Shown: one piece after another, positions 1-6,543 of the stretch
Layout of the letters: each line of letters starts with the position of its first letter
How positions within the stretch are numbered: position 1 is the stretch's first letter
Source: a virus
Reading direction: 5' to 3' (one strand)
IMG/VR virus record: IMGVR_UViG_3300046167_000733
Location: 1-64,000 of that record
Length of the DNA stretch: 64,000 bases
Notes under the pieces: generated by a model
The model's input: the letters and a program-made list of their open reading frames with translations, nothing else
Databases searched by the model: none
What the model was told of the DNA's origin: nothing
Position numbers and translations under genes: made by a program

Positions 1-11
1 AGGTTTTTATT

Positions 12-305
12 ATGAGAGAAGGTAATCCAAAATACAAATACAGTGAGGACTTGAACCTTGCTGACTTATGGAACTATGTTGATGATACATATGGTCAACA
101 TTATTCTAAGAACAAGTTTCAGGCAACAGAGTTTATTATCGACGGAGGTCATGGAGATGGTTTCTGTATCGGTAATATTATGAAGTATGCCCAACGCTAT
201 GGTAACAAGAATGGTTACAATCGCGATGACATAATGAAGGTACTTCACTATGCATTAATACAACTACATGTTCATGACCACTACGGGAGAGAAGAAGATG
301 AATAG
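12..305 (+). CDS. DUF3310-like (SaV / T7 gp1.7-related) protein
   Basis: Motifs HY...QATEFI...GFCIGNIMKYAQRYG.K.G...DIMKVLHYA are typical of the DUF3310 family. Confidence 0.75.
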   Translation: MREGNPKYKYSEDLNLADLWNYVDDTYGQHYSKNKFQATEFIIDGGHGDGFCIGNIMKYAQRYGNKNGYNRDDIMKVLHYALIQLHVHDHYGREEDE

Positions 306-510
306 AAAACTAAGAAGAACAACTGATGCCGCAATGAGAGGTACATCTGTCATAGATAGAGAACTGGATATGTGGGCAGCAAAATATTCAAGTGGAGGTT
401 CTGTTCCTCGCTCTGTAAAGTTACGAGTTGCAAGACTAGTAGAAGCACGTAAGGTTGCCGGTACAGATGGAAGAAGAGAAGACCGATGGATAGTATTGTC
501 TTACCAATGA
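298..510 (+). CDS. hypothetical protein
   Basis: ATG at 298 overlaps the end of the previous gene; its stop overlaps the next ATG (ATGA). Confidence 0.55.
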   Translation: MNRKLRRTTDAAMRGTSVIDRELDMWAAKYSSGGSVPRSVKLRVARLVEARKVAGTDGRREDRWIVLSYQ

Positions 511-581
511 CTATCATATGGACTATTGCTTTTATGGCATTAATCTATATGGCAATATTATTGGGTGATAAAAATGAGTAG
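507..581 (+). CDS. 24-aa single-TM micropeptide MTIIWTIAFMALIYMAILLGDKNE
   Basis: Translated by hand; ATGA coupling; uninterrupted hydrophobic core and charged C-tail. Confidence 0.55.
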   Translation: MTIIWTIAFMALIYMAILLGDKNE

Positions 582-657
582 TATTCCGATGGAAGTATGG
601 GCGGCATGTTATGTCTTCGTCTGTATTTTCATCGCAATAATTTGGAAAGACGAATAG
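574..657 (+). CDS. 27-aa single-TM micropeptide MSSIPMEVWAACYVFVCIFIAIIWKDE
   Basis: Translated by hand; overlaps the previous micro-ORF by 8 nt; ends AIIWKDE. Confidence 0.55.
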   Translation: MSSIPMEVWAACYVFVCIFIAIIWKDE

Positions 658-659
658 TA

Positions 660-755
660 ATGTTAGATTGGATAACAAACCTTGGAACACCTACTCTAGT
701 GAGTGCGTGGATAGGTGGAGCATTACTCGTCGCAATTATGTGGAAGGATGATTAA
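660..755 (+). CDS. 31-aa single-TM micropeptide MLDWITNLGTPTLVSAWIGGALLVAIMWKDD
   Basis: Translated by hand; starts 2 nt after the previous stop; ends AIMWKDD, like the previous peptide. Confidence 0.55.
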   Translation: MLDWITNLGTPTLVSAWIGGALLVAIMWKDD

Positions 756-827
756 ATGTTGGGATATATTTTTATAGCGGCAGTAGTTACAGCAATACTT
801 GTAAACTATGTAGAAAACTTTATTTAA
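756..827 (+). CDS. 23-aa single-TM micropeptide MLGYIFIAAVVTAILVNYVENFI
   Basis: ATG immediately follows the previous TAA; hydrophobic. Confidence 0.5.
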   Translation: MLGYIFIAAVVTAILVNYVENFI

Positions 828-845
828 AAAAAGTGAAAATAATGC

Positions 846-874
846 TTGACATTCTCTGTTAAGTATGTTACTGT
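846..874 (+). promoter_or_regulatory. sigma70-type early promoter
   Basis: TTGACA-17 nt-TACTGT with TGn extension, A-rich UP element, downstream RBS GAAAGGAAATATTATG. Confidence 0.8.
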
Positions 875-899
875 AAGACATAATAAGAAAGGAAATATT

Positions 900-1052
900 A
901 TGTTTATAGTTAGATGTGCAGATACCCACCGAATGGTATGGGGACTTTTGCAAGAAATCAAAACAGAAGCAGAAGCAATACTTCGTGGACAACAGTTCGT
1001 GGATTGTGGTTTCATTCAGAGATTTGTAATAGAGAGGATAGAAAATGACTAA
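900..1052 (+). CDS. small early hypothetical protein
   Basis: ATG at 900 after an AAAGGA RBS. Confidence 0.65.
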   Translation: MFIVRCADTHRMVWGLLQEIKTEAEAILRGQQFVDCGFIQRFVIERIEND

Positions 1053-1416
1053 AGAAATACTTTGTCGTCTACTAAGGAAAGACGAACTCGATAAAATACA
1101 CGGAACCTGTAGGATAGGTGAAATCCGAGCAACTCGAAAACAGTTGGCAAAGATACTTGGTAAACCTCGTAAGACTAAGGTGCGTCCTCATATGACAAAA
1201 ACTTTGTTCGAATGGGACTTGGCACTCAAGACCAAAAGTGGTAAAGAGTTCATCGCGACTATACATGATTGGAAGTCGTGGGAGAATGGTATCAAACCAG
1301 AGAACATTACTGAGTGGACGCTTGGAGGTAATCGTAAAAGTGCCAAGAGAACTTCAGATTTATTGGAAGAAGTTCTTTCTGCAGACTCTAGGATTATTGT
1401 TTGGAGGAACGCATGA
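1045..1416 (+). CDS. hypothetical early protein
   Basis: ORF with GAGG RBS, coupled to its neighbours. Confidence 0.65.
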   Translation: MTKEILCRLLRKDELDKIHGTCRIGEIRATRKQLAKILGKPRKTKVRPHMTKTLFEWDLALKTKSGKEFIATIHDWKSWENGIKPENITEWTLGGNRKSAKRTSDLLEEVLSADSRIIVWRNA

Positions 1417-1562
1417 TTAGATTATTAGTTGGATTTTTTCTGATGGCAGGAGGAGTAGGTGGTATAGAACAAAATACCGATATGTTCCCTAGTATCTGTT
1501 TCGCGATTGCGGGGTGTCTATTGATGTTCTCTGCAGACTTTGAAAAACTTTCGAAAGATTAA
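1413..1562 (+). CDS. 49-aa two-TM membrane peptide
   Basis: MIRLLVGFFLMAGGVGGIEQNTDMFPSICFAIAGCLLMFSADFEKLSKD; GGAGG RBS; ATGA coupling. Confidence 0.6.
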   Translation: MIRLLVGFFLMAGGVGGIEQNTDMFPSICFAIAGCLLMFSADFEKLSKD

Positions 1563-1571
1563 AATTAGTGC

Positions 1572-1600
1572 TTGACATTCTATGAAAAATAGTGTATAGT
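1572..1600 (+). promoter_or_regulatory. sigma70-type early promoter
   Basis: TTGACA-17-TATAGT, followed by GAAAGGAAATATTATG. Confidence 0.8.
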
Positions 1601-1622
1601 AGTAATATAGAAAGGAAATATT

Positions 1623-1826
1623 ATGTATTCAAGAAGAAGAGAAATAGACGAGATGAAGCATTGTCCTCTTGAGTCAACTATGTTGGCGACTGAGAACTAC
1701 AACCTAATCCGTCCAGAGTTTTATGAATTAGTAGAGAAAACTTTTGGAGACAATATCGTCTACAAAAACTACGCCATTGCCGAGTATAACTTTATACAGG
1801 CAGATATTGATGCGGTAGGTTACTAA
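1623..1826 (+). CDS. small early hypothetical protein
   Basis: Strong RBS behind an early promoter. Confidence 0.65.
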   Translation: MYSRRREIDEMKHCPLESTMLATENYNLIRPEFYELVEKTFGDNIVYKNYAIAEYNFIQADIDAVGY

Positions 1827-2134
1827 TGCAACTGTTACATGGTTCAATGACTCACAACATACATGGTCGAAAACGCTCGACCAACGCATGGAAGAAGGCA
1901 AAACCTTACCAACCAAAGGTTAGACTAGAGGATACATATTCTCTGGGCGATGAGGGTAAAAAACATCGTGAGGCATATCCTTCTCTAAGTGAAATGGGCA
2001 TGGACTATGTAACACCAGAAGACAAGTCATATAAGTTGAAGGAATCAAAAAACTACACAGTGGCAATCGGATATAACAAAGGTACATACCAAGTTATTCC
2101 ACAAGACGAAATAAAAAGTATTGGTAGAAAATAA
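1826..2134 (+). CDS. conserved hypothetical T4-like phage protein
   Basis: C-terminal YTVAIGYNKGTYQVI motif recalled from marine T4-like phages; TAATG coupling. Confidence 0.65.
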   Translation: MQLLHGSMTHNIHGRKRSTNAWKKAKPYQPKVRLEDTYSLGDEGKKHREAYPSLSEMGMDYVTPEDKSYKLKESKNYTVAIGYNKGTYQVIPQDEIKSIGRK

Positions 2135-2140
2135 GGAAGG

Positions 2141-2148
2141 TATAAATA
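2141..2148 (+). promoter_or_regulatory. T4-type late promoter (gp55-dependent)
   Basis: Exact TATAAATA just upstream of the tmRNA acceptor piece. Confidence 0.75.
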
Positions 2149-2154
2149 AGAATA

Positions 2155-2530
2155 TAGTTTGTTAATACGAACTGAAAACTAGGCAGGACGGGGGTGCGAA
2201 TCCCCCCGCCTCCACCATAAGAACTGATGAGACCCACGGAGGGATGCATACCTCTTCGCAATGAGGGCAATAGGTGATACTATCTGACCCCATTTGACCA
2301 GACGCGCAATCGAAAGTCTCTAAACCAATGTCGGTGCATTTGGGTCAGTCTTTTTGATGGGGGCGAATAGTATCGACTGATAGGAATAAGTGAGAGTAGA
2401 ACTATCGTATGACCGCGACATAGGTCAATCTAAACTAACCGCAAATGATAACTCATTCGCACATGAAAACTTTGCCCTAGCGGCATAGTCTTTCGGGGTT
2501 CGGGGACACCTAGCAACAGAAGTCCTCACT
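2155..2530 (+). ncRNA. ssrA: circularly permuted (two-piece) tmRNA gene
   Basis: 3' acceptor half (GGACGGGGGTGCGAATCCCCCCGCCTCCACCA, CCA end 2217) lies upstream of the 5' half (GGGGGCGAATAGTATCGAC from 2359). GGGGGCG pairs with CGCCTCC and includes the G3:U70 Ala identity pair. Tag ORF 2441-2488 encodes ANDNSFAHENFALAA*. Outer ends are approximate. Confidence 0.93.
2441..2488 (+). other. tmRNA proteolysis-tag reading frame (A)ANDNSFAHENFALAA
   Basis: GCA resume codon, AND.. start and ..ALAA* end, typical of ClpXP tags. Confidence 0.92.
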
Positions 2531-2549
2531 TATTAATAATGGAGAATTT

Positions 2550-2861
2550 ATGAAAGAATTTATATACAATAGTTGGAACGCAATCTTTGACCACAAGTCA
2601 AACCCCCTGAGAAACATACCCGATATAGGTGTACGCCATATGGTGTTACAAGTACTCGCATGGATGTGGTGTATTGTGTTCGCAGTAATCTTAGGAAGTT
2701 TCCTCGCAGGAGTGTATAGTATGATATTACATATGTTAACACTTGCCGCGATTACGATTACAGTAGGAACCTTTGAAACCGCAAAGAGAAAACCAGAAGT
2801 GTTCATAAGACCTTCTTCAAGTTCAACCTCTTCACGCGGATATGGTGGAGAACACGAATAA
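2550..2861 (+). CDS. two-TM membrane protein (NPLRNIPD...VLQVLAWMWC family of marine phages/bacteria)
   Basis: GGAG RBS, two hydrophobic segments. Confidence 0.7.
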   Translation: MKEFIYNSWNAIFDHKSNPLRNIPDIGVRHMVLQVLAWMWCIVFAVILGSFLAGVYSMILHMLTLAAITITVGTFETAKRKPEVFIRPSSSSTSSRGYGGEHE

Positions 2862-2923
2862 GGGTTGGTCGCCTAATAGACCCGTGAGGTGACATGGTCA
2901 GCACCTCTTTCCTTTCGAGAGTG

Positions 2924-2953
2924 GGGACATCTTAATTGGTGTCCCTTTTTTTT
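2924..2953 (+). terminator. intrinsic terminator
   Basis: GGGACATC-TTAATT-GGTGTCCC hairpin followed by T8. Confidence 0.85.
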
Positions 2954-2974
2954 GTGTTTGTAGGATATAATATG

Positions 2975-2982
2975 TATAAATA
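2975..2982 (+). promoter_or_regulatory. T4-type late promoter for the csgF/csgG/cyclase operon
   Basis: Exact TATAAATA directly before the ATG at 2988. Confidence 0.75.
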
Positions 2983-2987
2983 GGAAT

Positions 2988-3269
2988 ATGGACGCGGTAT
3001 TTACATTAATAAAAGAACTTGGTTTCCCTGTCGCAATGGCAATGATAGGTGGGTTCTTTATGTTTCTTACACTAAAATATATTATGGAAGGTGTTATTGG
3101 ACAAGTAAAAACCCTACATAGTATTACAGGTGCATTAGATAATCGTGTAAAGACTATGAACCACGATATGATAAGGATTGATACAACACTATGTGTCATA
3201 CTTGGATTGAGACCAGACCTTGACAGGATATCAAGGGCAGACGGAAAGAACGACGCAAGAAGAGATTGA
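2988..3269 (+). CDS. small TM + coiled-coil protein (GFP motif, YvrJ-like)
   Basis: LIKELGFPVA + TM + heptad-like tail. Confidence 0.7.
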   Translation: MDAVFTLIKELGFPVAMAMIGGFFMFLTLKYIMEGVIGQVKTLHSITGALDNRVKTMNHDMIRIDTTLCVILGLRPDLDRISRADGKNDARRD

Positions 3270-3271
3270 TT

Positions 3272-3514
3272 ATGGATGAGATAGTGAACGCGGTAAAGGA
3301 CTTTGGGTTTCCCATAGTTGCCGCAGTTGGAATGTTATATATGATTTACTTTGTATGGAAAACCATTACAGAGGAGATTGAAGCAAAGTTAGGTGACGCG
3401 CACGTTACCCTGATTGGACTTATTGATAGAATAAGAATGTTAGATAACGATATCATAAGACTACAACAGAAGTTAGATACCTGCGATAGAGATGAAGAGA
3501 AAACAAGATGAATA
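3272..3514 (+). CDS. small TM + coiled-coil protein, paralogue of the previous gene (probable +1 error near 3480)
   Basis: AVKDFGFPIVA + TM + LIDRIRMLDNDIIRL aligns with LDNRVKTMNHDMIRI of 2988. Confidence 0.7.
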
Positions 3515-3993
3515 GAGACGATATACTAGATAGAATAAAATACTTCTTTGGAGGTTTGATTATTGCGTGGTTGTTAGTCGCAATACAGAATACGAGTGCT
3601 TGTGCCGCACCTATAGACCATAGGTTCAAGTCACCTTCATTCAATGGACAGAATACATCAAGTCATTACCTAACGATTGAGAACCAAGAACGAACTCGTA
3701 AAGATGCGTTGGAACAAGAGATAGAAGATGCCTTAGAAGAAGCGGCAAGGGAAGCAGAGAATACTACCCTCGCAAGGTTTCTGAGAAACGTGGAGAGTAG
3801 GATTTATTCTACACTCTCAAGACAGTTAGTGGATAGCATGTTCGGAGAAGACCCATCAGATACAGGTGAGTTTTTTGTGGATGGCGCAGGGATTAGTTAT
3901 GTCGTCGATGGCGATAAAGTGGAGTTAACAATTACAGATGAATTCGGGAATGTTACGGTCATTGTTATTCCTATTGGGAATTTTGGTATCTAG
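3508..3993 (+). CDS. csgF: curli assembly protein CsgF-like
   Basis: Signal peptide, then HRFKSPSFNG (CsgF F.F.NP.FGG motif); LARFLRNVESRIYSTLSRQL; C-terminal V.LTITD..G..T.I.IP. Confidence 0.8.
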   Translation: MNRDDILDRIKYFFGGLIIAWLLVAIQNTSACAAPIDHRFKSPSFNGQNTSSHYLTIENQERTRKDALEQEIEDALEEAAREAENTTLARFLRNVESRIYSTLSRQLVDSMFGEDPSDTGEFFVDGAGISYVVDGDKVELTITDEFGNVTVIVIPIGNFGI

Positions 3994-4759
3994 TTGTTCA
4001 AGTCTTGGTATTGAGGAAATCACACTAAGACAAACAGTAGAAGATGCCCAAGTCCAACAAGAGTTACTCTCAGAGAAACTCAAGAATGTTGGAGAACCCG
4101 TTAGGAAACCTTCGGTTGCGATTTATTCGTTTACTGATAAGACAGGACAAAAGAGACAGACAAGTAGTGGTGGTACTTCATTTAGTTCTGCCGTTACACA
4201 AGCACCAGATACTTATCTGATACGCGCGTTGACTCGTGCGGGGAATGGTAAGTTTTTCAAGGTGGTTGACAGGACTCAACTTGAGTCGTTGACAAGAGAA
4301 AGACAACTTATAAGACAGACTAGAAGTTCTTATGAGGGGGAAGGTGCAAAGAAACTACCTGCATTGACTTTTGCGGGTATGATTATTGCAGGAGGTATTG
4401 TGGGTTACGACCACAGTATCGAATCAGGCGGTGATGGTGCGAGGTATCTCGGTATCGGTTCATCGCGTGAGTTTAGTCGTGACACGGTGACTATAAACAT
4501 ACGATTGATAAGTGTCGCGACGGGTGAAGTTTTACTTGATGTAATAACAAGTAAGACTATTTTGTCTACTGCCATTGGCGGTGACATATTTCGTTTTGTA
4601 GAACAGGGTACTAGACTTGTTGAGGTTGAGTCTGGTGTTGCCCGTAACGAGAGTGTTTCGATTGCAACTCAACGTGCTATTGAGACAGGGGTTTTAGAAC
4701 TTATTATTCGGGGAAAAGATAAAAAGTACTGGACTTTAATTAAAGATATAAGAGGATAA
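3950..4759 (+). CDS. csgG: curli secretion channel CsgG (outer-membrane lipoprotein)
   Basis: Lipobox LVSSC; VAIYSFTDKTGQ, FSSAVTQ, LTRERQLIR, GGDGARYLGIG, TGEVL motifs of CsgG. Confidence 0.9.
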   Translation: MLRSLLFLLGILVSSCSSLGIEEITLRQTVEDAQVQQELLSEKLKNVGEPVRKPSVAIYSFTDKTGQKRQTSSGGTSFSSAVTQAPDTYLIRALTRAGNGKFFKVVDRTQLESLTRERQLIRQTRSSYEGEGAKKLPALTFAGMIIAGGIVGYDHSIESGGDGARYLGIGSSREFSRDTVTINIRLISVATGEVLLDVITSKTILSTAIGGDIFRFVEQGTRLVEVESGVARNESVSIATQRAIETGVLELIIRGKDKKYWTLIKDIRG

Positions 4760-4763
4760 TCTA

Positions 4764-5492
4764 ATGGCGATTTTTAAAAATATCGTTTTTGTTATGATGT
4801 TTTTACTGCCTAGTTTTGCGTTCGCGCAGGACAATGAAATCTATATAGACCAATCTGGTGCGGGTGTCACAATCGATATCACACAAGATGGTTCTGGTAA
4901 CAAAGTGGGTGGTTCAGATACTGACTCAACTAAAATGCTAATAAGTGGTGATAATATTGCCCTTAGTATCGATGCGGTTGGAACAGGTAACGACGTGATT
5001 GGTAATATTGTTGGAGACAATAATAGTGTCGATTTAGATGTTGTTGGTTCAACAAACGCAATCAATCTAAACATTGATGCGGCAGATGTATACGGTTCAA
5101 CAGGGGGTTCATTCAATCTAAACCTTGCTGGTTCTGGTAATAATGTTGACCTTGATGTTGCAGGAAATGACCAAGCAAACAACGCAGACTTTGATTGGTT
5201 ACTTGATGGGGATTACAACACCCTTGATTTTGATATCGACGCAAACGACTATACAAGTGAAATGGATATCATAGGTGACAATAATACTTTGACAGTAGAT
5301 GTCGATGGGTATGATGGTCACAGTATGAATATAGATGGTTCGGGTAGTTATTGGGATGTCACTATTGACCAACAATCAACATTACAAACCGATAGTTTGG
5401 AGATAGATTTCAATGGTTCTGGAACAAGTACGACACCTGCTACGATTTGTATTAGTCAGTCTGATTCTGGTACTGCCACAGGTTGCAACTAG
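4764..5492 (+). CDS. secreted curlin-like (CsgA/CsgB-like) beta-solenoid repeat protein
   Basis: Sec signal ending AFA; about 11-aa periodic I.Q/V.G..N repeats (NEIYIDQSG, IDITQDGSGN, NIVGDNN, DVVGSTN, NLAGSGNN); very acidic; terminal Cys pair. Confidence 0.7.
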   Translation: MAIFKNIVFVMMFLLPSFAFAQDNEIYIDQSGAGVTIDITQDGSGNKVGGSDTDSTKMLISGDNIALSIDAVGTGNDVIGNIVGDNNSVDLDVVGSTNAINLNIDAADVYGSTGGSFNLNLAGSGNNVDLDVAGNDQANNADFDWLLDGDYNTLDFDIDANDYTSEMDIIGDNNTLTVDVDGYDGHSMNIDGSGSYWDVTIDQQSTLQTDSLEIDFNGSGTSTTPATICISQSDSGTATGCN

Positions 5493-6542
5493 TCTAGAAG
5501 ATATAGGTGCTGTTGACCGCGCAGTCGGTTGGCGACAGGTAGTAAGAGAAACAAAAGAGTTAGAACCCAACAAGGGTTTTGACGTTATATCAAACGATGA
5601 CCTTCGTACAGGTGACGGACGAATGCAAGTACGTTTCGTTGATGACAGTAAACTACGGATGACAGAACATACCCGTATCGTCATTGACAATGTTGTGTTC
5701 GACAAAGACCCAAGTAAGTCAGACCTTGCTATGACCTTTGCCCAAGGAACTGCCAGATTTATTTCTGGTGGACTTGGTAAGGTAGACAAAGAGAATATCA
5801 GACTCAAAACTCCGACTGCCACGATTGGTATCAGGGGTACAGATTTTACAGTTACTGTAGATGAGTTTCGGTAAGAGTCTTGATTGTTCTCCTTCCCGAC
5901 ATAAACGGAGTATCCTCTGGTGAGATTATTGTATCCACTATGGCAGGGGAAGTTGTTCTCAATAAACCTTTTGAGAGTACAACGACAACTCTATTTGAAT
6001 CACCACCTTCCAATCCTGCTATCCTAAATTTGAGTTTGGATATGTTGAACAACATCATGATAATAAATCCACCAAAGGAAGAACAGACCTATGCTGACTT
6101 TATGGATACACTCAACGAAAAGAAGAATATAAATCCTCTTGATATTGACTTCCTTGATGAAGCACTATTAGATGAAGACGAACTTGACAGAGACTACCTT
6201 GAGTTTACAGAATTAGATGTAGACTTTTTGAATGTTGATTTCTTACAAGACCTTCTTGATGATTACTCTGACATACTAGATGACAAAGGTTTCCTTAGTG
6301 ATGAACAGAAAGGTGGCGACCTACGCATAGAAGGAACTGAAGAGGGATTTGACACTACTACACAGTTCAACACAATCGTAGATGCCAAGGAAGTAAGACT
6401 ACTTAGAAATGTAAATGATATTGTTGACATAAGTACTGATGTAGAACAATCTACTAGAATAATATATGAGAGTGATGGAATAGAGTTTGACGACATCGTA
6501 ATAAATGGTGGTCAATCTACAACACTAACGATAAAGCAATAA
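5413..6542 (+). CDS. periplasmic FecR-domain protein with acidic C-terminal extension (frameshift near 5867)
   Basis: Signal peptide; D.LRTGDGRMQVRFVDDSKLRMTEHT and LKTPTATIGIRGTDFTVTVDE FecR motifs; removing one T joins the two ORFs. Confidence 0.8.
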
Positions 6543-6543
6543 T

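Noticed and set aside
2181-2217. Stand-alone tRNA
   Set aside because: Only a T-arm and acceptor 3' strand are present; it is the acceptor piece of the permuted tmRNA.
2266-2340. c-di-GMP-I (GEMM) riboswitch resemblance (GGCAA..., GACGC, CTAAACC)
   Set aside because: The P2 GNRA hairpin and the GACGCAAAG junction are not in the required order.
2221-2355. Hammerhead ribozyme in the tmRNA intervening segment (CTGATGAG ... CGAAA ... GTC)
   Set aside because: Core words are present and a weak stem I is possible, but stem II gives only 2 bp and stem III would need a G-G pair next to the core. Not supportable without a covariance-model hit.
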